NCBI GenBank assembly: GCA_051294905.1
Contig: CM119382.1
Coordinates: 11,904,001 to 11,968,000, forward strand
Reading direction: 5' to 3'
Length of the DNA stretch: 64,000 nucleotides
Source of the DNA: Botryllus schlosseri
Taxonomy: Eukaryota
The notes under the pieces were generated by a model, which saw nothing but the letters and a program-made list of their open reading frames with translations, ran no database searches and had not been told where the DNA came from. Both the position numbers and the translations under genes were made by a program. Below are positions 1-12,200 of this stretch, piece after piece (position 1 is the stretch's first letter; each line of letters begins with the position of its first letter).

Positions 1-130
1 GAGAAAGTGTCGTGTACCGGATTTGCACTCTACGCTATGGTAAAAATTGGGGAAACTCACGATGATCGCTTACGGTGCAGATAGATAAAAAGAAAAATTG
101 GCACACCTGATCCCACAGGCACGCACATAC

Positions 131-260
131 TCCCTCGCCGCGGGGCCCCGTTATTTTCCGACAACTGGCGCCTCATCACGAAATTTCTCGGCACTGCGTT
201 CGATAAATCCTGGCTTCCCACGGCGGACCTTTGCGGTGGCGACATGAATTCGGGATCGCT
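131..260 (-). CDS. MAST: Shared exon (phase 0->1): SDPEFMSPPQRSAVGSQDLSNAVPRNFVMRRQLSENNGAPRRG(S)
   Basis: Acceptor cctatcctattttcag, donor A|GTATGT; a weaker phase-1 donor G|GTGTGC follows at 107. Three short motifs resemble the MAST N-terminus in the right order. Confidence 0.75.
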
Positions 261-3200
261 CTGAAAATAGGATAGGTTTCTTTTAAGCACAAGTCCCCGT
301 ACTTCAACGTAGCGTAAGTAAATAAATTGGCATATTGTTAGAATAAGCAGGCTGCCACAAAAACACCGAATATACGCCCCAAAGTCTACGGGAGTCTAGA
401 CGTAAATAATTATTATCGATTTTATAGCACTAAAGCGCGTTCGGAGGGTTCTCGCGTCAAACGCGCGCCTGTTCCCGAGCGAAAAACGCGCTCTTCCCAA
501 ATGAATCACGTCTGCGATTGGGATATTTGCATTCAACTTTCAATCTCGGAGAGTAGATTACGATCGGGCATCATTAAATATGCAGAAAACACCGCAGATG
601 CACGGCATAAATGCATGCGCATTCGCAAACGACCATAAGTTATCGCTATACCGCACCGTTCCATAGCGTCGCGCGCTGTACGACGAGCTTCGCAGATTTG
701 CGCGCGTTTGGTCATAATCATGTACCACTGATGTTTGAAAATGTTTGAAATGTGCTTTTTTCGGGGCGGCAGCCTGAAAATGGCTGCTGGCGTCCTAATT
801 TAAAATGACACAGACTAGCGTGAGATACCATTGCATGGAAGAAAAACATCCAACGCTTCTGATTTTCCCTCTCAAGATTCAACACATTCCTAGATAATCA
901 TGCTATTCTGCTTCTAAATACCTTTTAAATGTTTAATAAACAAAGGCATGCAGAGACGCCTGAATATTAACTTAATACAACCAAATACTCCAATGCACGC
1001 TTGTTCCATCCCTAATCCATAATACCGCGGATATGTCTTCGTTGAAGCTTCTCCTCGTCTTCTTCGTTTTCCCAAAGCTTTTCTCCCACGAGGACCTCAA
1101 CAAGACATCGCTCAGCAGAGTGTGGGCCCGTGGTCGGTGGTGGTAACTCCTGGACCGAGTGTGCCTACTGCTGCGGGAGTTGTCCGCACTAGGGCTTCTT
1201 TCCAAAATAGTGGGCGGGTGATGTGGAGACGCCGTGAACGTGTCGATATCAAACAAGGAATCGTCCTCGGGACGAGGTGCGTCCACGGAAACGGAGCGCG
1301 AGAAACGGAACATGTCCGTTAAAACCGGCTGACGTCATCAAGGCCAGAAGTAGAAGTGCAATGATCCTTCATATTCAAGTTACCGCCTGGTATCCCCATT
1401 GCTTGAATATTTCATGTGGCTGGCAAATATATTCCGCTGGCAGTGACAAATCACTAGCTCGTATCCTCAAAGCTATCAAATTACAGGAATCAGCCGTTAC
1501 CAAGGTCACAAACGATCAACAGGCGCCGACAACGGGTTTTTAACGATTTTTAAATGGAGAAATGGTTCTTCTAATCTACGAACCCTGCTAGGCCGCTCAT
1601 AGTTCCATTAGGTACGATTGCTGACAGGTCTCGATGTTAATAGCTGAAGGTCTACATTACAAATACATAATCATCCCATTTATTTGTTTGTGATTAGAAT
1701 TACCTTATTTGTTTTGCTAGTCATTAAATCAAATTTACCACCGCACTACGTAACGTCCGGTGACAAACCTCACACCTGCGTCGCAAATAAAACACCGCAT
1801 TCCCAAACCGGCGTTCCTCTAACTGCAACACCGTTGCAAATGTTTCATTGCTGTGGTGAACGCATTTAGTAAATTCAGACATAGCGCGGGATCCCTCAGT
1901 GACACAAAGCGAAATACACAATATATCCCAGAAAATAGACGTGTCAAAGTCACGTACTGTTTGACATGTAAATCGGACTGCCCATTATATCGATTATTTA
2001 GCAAGGAACGGGTGAAACGTCCGCGTGTACATAGCTCAGTAACCAACCGATCTGCAAGCATACTCGCGTCAGTGTTAGCGTAGAAAATAAAGGATCAGGA
2101 AGTATGACTGTGACGATACTTACTAGCATGCGATAAGTGTACGTTGTAAAACCTGTCTTATATGATAAATAGCTGTTTAGTATTACGTTATGCGAAGAGA
2201 AATATGCTCGCAGTTAACGCAAAATCTACGATATTTTATGGTACGTTTCTTTTTTCGCAATTAGTCAAATTTAATTTCGCGAGTTGGCACGAAACCCATT
2301 CGTTTCTAGTGAATTTCGTGGATAAAAATTAGAGCATGGTCATCGTTTTGACTAAAGAGCTATATGAGTTATATAGCGTCGTAGCTGTTATTCGGGACAT
2401 TGAGCCTGAGCAGTCCAGCAAGTTCGTCGCGGCATTCACCAACTTGTAACTGATCTGCCACTATAAAATAGTGTACCACCGTAACTGTCGTCGTGATATC
2501 TAAAGCACACTGCATCAAGCAAATACTAACCAAGAGTCAGCGACCTGGAAGTCGTTGGGTTGCTATCAATTCAACCAACCATTCTTTTCTGAACACTATA
2601 TCAACATCATATAACCGTCGTAAAGCTGTGGTAAACCGGCTAACGTTTATAACGGATACAGCGCGTACTACAGTACTACAGTTCATGCGCGTTTACAGAC
2701 CCTCACCGATTTTGAAGAGCTATCAATTGTAGCGCGAAATGTATGCAACCTATAACCCGCGGAAATTTCTATCACAACGCCGACTTGTATAGTACATCTC
2801 TCCCACACAAGGCTCAGCAGGATATAGCTTTACCACAGCGTGCGCTAACGCTACCACACGGAAAACTGATCTAGGATATGCGGGCTTTACGTTTCGAGAG
2901 CGGCTCTCGAAATGTCATACGTCCGCAATGCAATGACGCGCAGTAGCGCCAACGACACAGCGGTATGAAGCATTTCCGTTACAACATCAGCTGGCAGCCA
3001 CGGGGACGCGGCTTTAAACCTTCCAGTAACTATAAGCGGACGTCCGTACGGCGTGGCGCAAATGAAGACGGATACGCGTTTAACCGTGGGACTAAGATTC
3101 CGATGAATAGCTACAAATCATGCCGTCGGCACTAGACAGATCGTCGAGGAGTGACCTTGAATATTTACGTCAATTTGGACATGCTGTGAGCCAAGTTTCA

Positions 3201-6200
3201 AGCGCCAGGCATAAATGAGCTCATATGTGTACTTACACGTACACTGTAGTACACTGACTATATCGCCCAAAGCCGTGTCGGTATAATATTTCAGAGTTTC
3301 ATGGCTATGTATTCACTTTGAGAAAGGGTACACGTAAGTACTAAACTAAATTATTATCCTCCTCCCGTTTGATCGAGTAGGGAACACACGCGTCATCGAA
3401 TAAATGACCGATTTCGTAACATTTTCACCAACTTACTAGTAACATCACAGCCACATTCCAATAAGAGTATGACGCCAAGTCGCGCACGTGAATTACTCAG
3501 TAGTTACCACTACATTTTCGGGCGACTTGATGTCACCTTCACTCATGGCAATGAAATCATTAGCAATTGTAGAGAAAGGTGTCAACACTTTTGTCAACCC
3601 CCGCGACACGCTTAGCCAACGGGTTACAAGAACCGTTGATTTACGTTTACGACAGCGCAGGTTAAATACACTGTATCCGCGCCGAGCTACGGCAATGAAA
3701 AGACGACCGCAATGCTGACTTTTCATTTATAGTATATCATGGCATGCGAGCAGTCGGTAGAAATTATATAAATCATCGACTGCGTAACCGGAGCGGTGGG
3801 TAATGCAATTTTACCCCTGCAAAGTTAAGAATTTAGAATCTATAAACGCTTTATACGTTGCAGGATATGATGGAAATCTTTTAATTGCGTAACATACTTT
3901 GTCCGCCCCTGTACGTCACGACACAACCTGGCGTGACAACACCATCGAAATCACAATGTCTTATGGATGCCTGTCGAGTTTAAAGGGCACTGCCACTAAA
4001 TACGATGTGGTATCGAGTTAAAGTTAAACGTGTGAAAATTTATTTAGCAGTGACTATTTACTGGTACCGGTATTCAAACTACGGTACCTTTAAAATTTTT
4101 ACACTGAGTGTTAGTTTCGACTCTAGCATATCTCTTTGGCGTCGAGGTCACGCGTCATTACTTCATAACCCTCTGAGATTTCCGGCACGCACCACTTTCT
4201 CGACGAGGGCAAGCAGAGAATTTGAGATAGATACTGTGTCTTACGATACCACGGCGCATCTACATGCAGTTTGAATACAGAAGATTTCGTAGTAAAATTG
4301 TTGCTGCCAAATGTTTTTTCACACTTGTATCTTTAATATGACAACACATCATATTTAGAGCGCAGCGCCCCTGTCAATGGATTGAACTCGATAAATCATA
4401 CATAATACACCCCTTACAAATCGACTGCAAAGCTACCGGTGTCAGTCGGCGCGCGCGATATACTTACTCCATGCGGTGTCACAGTGATGATAGGCAAAGA
4501 GCAATTTCTCATATCCCGCAAGGCCTTGTGTTCAATCGGCGATAAGACTTCCAGCACGGGCGATGCCGCCGACCCATATTTCCGCGTGGGTGAACTCCCA
4601 CAGTCCACAGAGTCCTCATCAACGCAAGGCATGCTCAAAACTCGCATAATCGACGGGGCCCTCGGAGATCTCACCGGGGACGAATGAGCGGATGAAACAA
4701 CGGTGCCTGAGGTAGCGATTTGAGTGCTGCTCCACCGTCGCAAAGCCAGCGTACCGTATCGGAAAGGGCTGTCCAGCACCGGCGAGCTGGCTCTCACCGG
4801 CTGTTGTTCAAAACCGGAGATCGTCCGGATTTGGTCATCTCCGATTACGCCTAAAGAGTTGCGTCTCCCGTCGTCTACCCTGTGGAAAATCGATCTGCGC
4901 CTGCGCCTGCCGCCCTCGCTACGCGTACGTGGGGATAGGTTCAAATCGGCGGGTCTCTTGGGAGTCCTCATCAGCGGCGAATCCAGTTCCATGATACTCC
5001 AATCGTGTGTTTCCCCGCGAGGGAGTACGACCAAGGATGCGGTGGCACTGTATCCAAAGATCAACCGCCTACATCAATACTACTTCAACGCTCATCGAAA
5101 AGACACAATAACTGTGTGGAAAAAACCAACGGAATGTTACAGACAGCAAGGCATATCACCGCACTGTACAAGTGTACACTGTACAGTGTACACCAGGGGT
5201 GGCCAACCTTTTCAGCCAAAGGGCCACATTTGATTGACGAATTATTGCGCGGGCCACTAGCCGCGCGAAGCGCGAAAGTTTTTCGAAGTTCATAGGTCAA
5301 TAATATTGTCACTTGACTATATTGCGGGCCTGCTGTATATCGCTGGGCTCAGTTTGCAAGGACTGGACTATTCGGCACCTGGACAATGGACATATCGATA
5401 TCGAAAGCTTCGACCAACATGTGTCAATCATTTTGTGTCTAGATTTCATCATCGACGGTCTTTCTGCGATCGTAAAAGCAAGGTCGCATATGTTGAACGA
5501 CACGTGCCTCGTAATGGCGAATATAGTTAGGCTCGATCTGATACATTAGGCGTTCTTTCATCTTCACAATGGGGTGCGTTCTTTCATCTTCACAATGAGG
5601 TAACAACATTAGAAGCAAGAAATCGAGTGACAACATGTTGCGCGAAGCGTGTAGCAAATTTTTACTTTTGATCAATCTATCGCAAATTATTCTGCTTTAT
5701 TGTAGTGTACGAAGATCTTCCAAAATGTGGCTGGCTCATGGATCTGCCAATGCGTCGGAACTGATATTTTAGTCATCACATCTCAAGTGTTGCGGCCGAG
5801 CTGATCAAACTTTTGGTTAGACTTGCAAGCTCACAATCTGTGCCATCCAATTTTGATAATATTAGTAATCTCGGAAATTACCTCGCGGGCCACTCAAAAC
5901 CTTCTCGCGGGCCAAATGTGGCCCGCGGGCCACGGGTTGGCCGGCCCTGGTGTACACTATGCACGTAAGTTCGACTTTTCTATGCACACACAGGCACAGA
6001 TCTCGTCTAAATCTCGATACTAATCCTCACGATATGACGTCACACTACCTATAACAAGTGTCGTCATCTTCCGACAATTCTAATGCGACTTGTCAATTTT
6101 CTATCGTTTAAAACTGGCGTACGGAAGTTGGTAGGCTACTGCATTTGTCTGACTATTGTGGTCAAGAAATAGATGAAGTAGCTTCCCATCGACCGATCTC

Positions 6201-9200
6201 ACGCGACAGTTCCGAACACTAATAATAACACGATTGGCTCTCACACTAACATCCACATATCCTGGTGTGACCATCGCGTATTTACAAACGATAATCATCC
6301 ACGACTTGATGCGATTGTCCACGAAAAACAGTAAGTAGGTATTAATAAAGGGCACGACGTATATTATCATCACCCACATTATTCCCGGATCAATAGGTCA
6401 CAATTCAGGATGTACAGCGGCGGTATTGACCAGCTATTCCATCGCTAGGCGCCTTGAACCCTACTGACTGCGCGGTTCCTACGTCTGCAGCATAATTGAT
6501 CGCTACCCGTACGGTAGATAACACTAACGAATCGTTCTGCGTCACTGGTAACATATGCATTTGATTCAGTGCAAATTGTTGATTACAATATGTGCGCGGA
6601 CGCATCATGATATTTCCTGATCCATAATAGCCTGAGTAAGCAGAAGTTTAGCCATGCCCATGCTAGTCATACCCAGTACCTACTGCACTGCGGTACGTGT
6701 CACTGCATCAAGTTGCGGAACGCAGCTGGTTTAGCAAACTCCTCCGCCTACAGACAACCTCAAACGCGCACTGTCACGTCATAAGAGCAACAAAACTTCG
6801 GACGACGGATGACAGCCGTAAATTTCGCTACAAACTTTAACGATTTATTGAATCTTTAGGAATACATAGGCGCAAGCCACAGCTTGTAAGCAAACACTTT
6901 CCAACCTGCTCTTTGCCAGTGTCGGCAATAAATAAGAGAGGTCGCCTCTACATACCGTACTGAGTCAACCAAGTTCGAAGTCTCTTTTCAATCGCCAAGG
7001 CTAAAAAGCGTAACAATATCCGTGCTAGCTACGAAATAAACGTATAAAACGAACCTTATCACTTCGCTAGACGTCTGCAAAGCGGAATAAACCAGCAATT
7101 ACGGGATTAAAGGCATACATTGTTTACCGTTGAAGGCTTATCGGCAAGATTGCGCATTGATTTATCACAGCGGATATACACGGAAAAGCTGTAATAACCT
7201 CCTCTTCCGTATGACAATCGCCTAAACGGTTATCAACATTTCATAATCACTGGCTACAACCGGTATTCACACACGGTATGGAACTACAACAAAATTTACG
7301 TATTCGATTTCAATATGACGCGGGTCCCATCCGCTCCACATCCACCCACCCAGTTCAAAAATGAGTAGTGAACGCATTGAGCGTTTCAAAACTGACTAAA
7401 ATCGCTTGGTCGGCTATAATACCCGTGACGAGACTTTCGCCAAGTTTACACCGATTCGCTTCGACGGCAGACAGTATTTCGGTTTAATTTCGCCTGTCAA
7501 TAATAGCGCGCCGATCTCCAGTTCACTGGACGGCTTTTACAGAATCCCGAAGGAATGCGAGCAAATCTGCGAAAATGTCCTATCCGCGGGGTGACGTAGC
7601 GTAGCGAGCGATTTGAGTTTGGATTTACGATTTATTCATATTGAAATAAACTCGGATATTTCCGTTTGACACTCGTCCAGGGTAATCGTCAGCAACTAGT
7701 AGAGAATTGAAAAGTTGTTATACTCATGTTCTTGTCAGCGAAAAAAATAGAGTTTATTTCAACATCAATTTATTATTCCATGGTATACTGAAGTCTGTAC
7801 CTCCGGTCTCTTCATTTACGATTAAGAACTAGTCATTCGAGTATTCGAGTACATTTCTACTTGAACAATGTACATGAAGTAGTTTTGTCACGTCTTGGAA
7901 ATCGCTACTGCTACAGTATTGTTACTGATTGTGGTATTCATGGTGTTTGTCGACTACAATGGCGATTTACACCAGGCCGATATTCCTTATTTTTGATTAC
8001 GTAGCTCCCGACTTGTAGCACGGCCCACTTCTGGGCTCTTTTAGACATCGCTTACAGGGATGAGATGGCGAGGAGGAGCCGAGATAAACCGCACCTATTT
8101 TTCGCTGCGGAGTTGAACAAAACTGAGTCGGTACCAGGGGTGGTCAGGAACGAAGTGTATCTGGCTTGTCGGAGCACTCAAGTAGGTTTTGCCGAATTTC
8201 ACTACCTACTACGCGAGTGTTTATAATTTTTTAGAATACTTCTAATAAACAGTCTTCAGTTGTTATGCCCACTAGGCCTAGAATAATTCTTATTTGCATA
8301 CTTGCATTACGCTACTTCTACTTGAGGACCAACGACGACTACATTGACCGCGTACGGACCTGGATTGTGGCCAGGTTACAAATGAATGAAGATCACTATA
8401 TGGACTCTCGGTTCAAATCCGGAACGGTGTTTGGAATTGATAATAGTAAATCCGCTCATCTTTGTTTCCCTATCAACAGAGCGGTATTACTCAACAGATC
8501 GACGCTTCCCCGCGGGCACAGACTTCGCGGATGTGATAACCGTAAGCTGATAAGGCCAGATTACCGCCGCGTACGAGACCAGGAATACCTCGGCGATGCC
8601 CGATGATAAGGAATGGAAAGTTTTACATATCGTACCGTAACGTGGACACAATGTCGTACACGCAAGCTGCAGAATGTTGTCGGAAACTGAGCAAACCGAT
8701 GGCAATCCAGGAAGGCCGCGTCAGCGTTGAATATATTCATTCAATCGCCCGCCATTCAGATAACGCCACAGCGTTGGCAGAAGACCACCCACCAGTCAAT
8801 GCTTTGAAAATATCCCGCAATCAAGGTCATTAATAATAGGACTATAGATTGACACTCTCGACACGAAATTAAGTTATTATACGCCCTGCTTCCGTTGGAA
8901 TGATCAATCAACAGCTGTACCACGGTCACGTGATTGGTTGCGCATAGCAACGACCGGTTGGTCAGCAGCTACTCTCTTCTATGTCTGCGCTTATGGTCGT
9001 CCTGTGTTAAATATTTGTTTTAGCACTATAAATGTATCATAATTTCGCGGCGAGAGTAATTTTTCACTTGTTTGCCCCGTAAGTGGTAGGACTCTTTTCG
9101 GCAAAAAATCCTCCGAGTTCTGTATTGTTGTATTGCGGCCCTTAACACCTGCAATGTGCGAAATTCGTCTAGTGGGCGGCTACTGGTTCGTTTCAGTGTG

Positions 9201-12200
9201 GTGACATAGCTGTTGATTGTAGAAGTGTGGATTACAATTCTTGCGGTTGCGGTTATTACGGGGCTCGACTTTGAATGCAATATTATATAATACGATTTTA
9301 ACGGCAGAGATATACTACACCGACAGCCGAGACAATACAGCTTTGAGACAAAGAGGCACAGCTGCGACAGGGGCAAAACAAAGCCTCAATTCAACACCTT
9401 TGATTGGCATCGGGTACGGAGCCGGCAAAGAGGGTGGGTCAGAGATATTTTAGATATCATCTTTCCATGATTTCTCGGTAACAAAGTCCAATCCGGCAAC
9501 ACCATGTTTTGGTACAACGATGACAACACTACGTCTTGTTTTCCAACAAGTATGACGCAGAGAGTCGCACGGAGGCCGGCGACGGGTGGTTTAACAAACA
9601 AACATTTCGAATCTCCATATTTCGTTGAGTGGAAAAGAAAATGTGTACTCCCGCCGTTTTGCGACGGTACGGAAACCAATAGATATCTTGACGGCGACTG
9701 CGCGGTAGAATGTTGCATAGTTTGGAAACACCGGATCCGGAGCGGAGGCCCGTAAAGAAGTATTCAAAGAAGTATTTCTAGGTTTTAATGTACACCAGAT
9801 GGATTTGGAAGACTTACACTACTTAACGTATCAGGCAAAACTGCAGACCTCTTACAATGTGGGCTTTGTAAAATAAAAAGTAGTTTTTGGTCTGGGTCAT
9901 GTTTGCATCACATTTACGACTGAAATTGTCATAGCACTGGGCAACATAGCCCCGTGCCACTGTAACTTAATTTAGTTACTGTGAAAGTGGCGGTAATTCC
10001 GACCAATATTGGCGCCGGAAAAGTTCCAAATCGGAAGAGTTTTCGGCATGAAAGTAGAATGTTTGCAAGAGTTTCGGGAAAAAGGACGGAAAATGTACCC
10101 ACTGACGGCATTGATGATAAATCTGCGTACGGTATTCGGGAACCGGCGTCGTTCTGAAATTAGAATATCCACTGACCACAGTCGCAGCCCACTTTTGCCG
10201 TACGCGTCTTTAGAGTTAATTACATTATATTAGATTATGGGCTATTGGGCTATCATCATCCAGGGGTTAGTAGGGTGATTCGTCGATCCAGTTGGATGAG
10301 GCAGCAATAATTACCGCAAATCGTTTTTAAATGCGCTTTGCCATTGCGTGGTTTTGAGAATTACGTAATTACTGCATGGCGCTGTTCGATTGATTGCAAA
10401 CATGTAGATCTCGAATATTACCAAGTCGCGCCGGGCATATTATATTATTTCATTGAACGCATAACAGAAGTACAACCATCAAGGTTGAACCCAGGTGGAA
10501 GTTTGGTACCGCTATCGAGGGCATCACCAGAGAAAGTCCACCGCTCCCAAGGTATCAGAAAATACAACAGCCAGGACTGGAGCTGTGATATTATATCAGT
10601 GTTACTGGCAAAAAGCGGTGCTATTGCAAAACTATTGTAAAAAATTCGTAGCTATACAGTAGCCAGCGGATACATTTCATTCACAGAACCTTGGGAATAT
10701 GCCCGCAAAGTGCTTGCATTTGATACGATTTTACCGGAAGAAAAAAAGTACCATAACGCAAATAACCTGTGCCCAGTGAAGCGGGTGCACAAAACCGAGT
10801 AAAGACTAGTTCAAGTAGTAGGCCTACTTCGTTACTGATAAACTACTAAAATGCGAAAGCATACGAGGGGGCCACTTCATACAGCGCGCGGTTTATTGGT
10901 TCTGTATCGAGCCTATCGAGATTAGCTACGAACGCGTTGGATTTCGGCTATGCCTATAAGAACCTAACTCGGCCGTGGGCACGATGTAGATAAACATACA
11001 CACCATTCCTGATGCTGGAAACCAACGAAACTACACAGACCCAAAACATATGCGTCAATCATAATCATGGCGGAGCTAAACGGTTACCCGTGTGTGCCTT
11101 GCGTACTTGGTAACACGGCGCACCAATCCTACTATAGAATTCACTCATCCGAGATCAACCCGTACCTTTGCGGGCACACGTAATGTTAGTTGGTTCATGG
11201 TAGTTATTCATTACAGCACGGCAAATCGGCATTCTCTCATCGACAAGTTTACTTTGCAATTCTTCGTTTGTTCAGATTGGACAATGGACACTGAACAGAG
11301 CGACGGGGTCAGATGTACAATTGTACATTAGTCTGCTGCATTTTATACCGGATACAATGCAGAATTGCAGATTAAGTATTTGCCGGTAACAACGTGGCTG
11401 TGCGTCGCACAAAATGAGATTTACAAATTACCACACATTCACAATCCCACGCAGAGTCGCAGATGTACCCCGCGAGGTGGAGAGTATAAAAGTAAGCTAT
11501 CGGAAGGATTTTCGCTATAGAATTGGGGCCCGGCCTACAGTTGCAACGTACCACTTTCGTAGATACCAGGGTTGAAAGTGTCGGCATTTTATCGCAAATT
11601 ATTGCTCGCCAGACTGATACAGCGCAGCAACGTCACACGAAAATAGCATCTCGTTTATAACCTAGTTTAAGCTCACATCATCACACGGAAGCAGTCAACC
11701 TACTAATCAATTTCAACGCATAAAACCAGTCGCGAGTGTCAAATGGGGAAACATACCATCTAGTAACCATACATTCATACATATCGTTTTATAGCGCGTG
11801 GCGGTGCGCCAAGCCTCATATCCTCTTTTGAGGAAACGTAGTGTTCCCGCGGCAATGCTGCAGCAAGCTGGAGAGCAGACACATCGCAAAATAGATGGCC
11901 GCTCCGGGCAGCCAGTAATTGGTTCCAAATAGAATAATGCACAAACAATGACAATCTCTGACATTTCAGCAATGTTGTCGACATCAAACCACAATTACTA
12001 ACAGTAGTACAAGTCTGTAACTCGCTCTCGTAACTCTAGTCAAAACAGATGCCCGCAAGTGTAACAGAGTGCGATTACCGGCCAAGGTCAAGTACGTGGA
12101 ATCAACCCGACGCCTAATTAACGACCCGATGCATTAGCAAACTCCTTTCGGCTCAATACCTCAAGCTATTTCTGCGGCAGAACGGCACTCAAATGTCGCG

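Noticed and set aside
4724-5233. 169-aa plus-strand ORF
   Set aside because: Antisense shadow of the 4992-4468 exon running into the hAT end.
11713-11994. WFDVDN resembling the PDE4 UCR1 start (FDVDNG)
   Set aside because: No splice acceptor before it and no following UCR1 sequence (RRESFLY).
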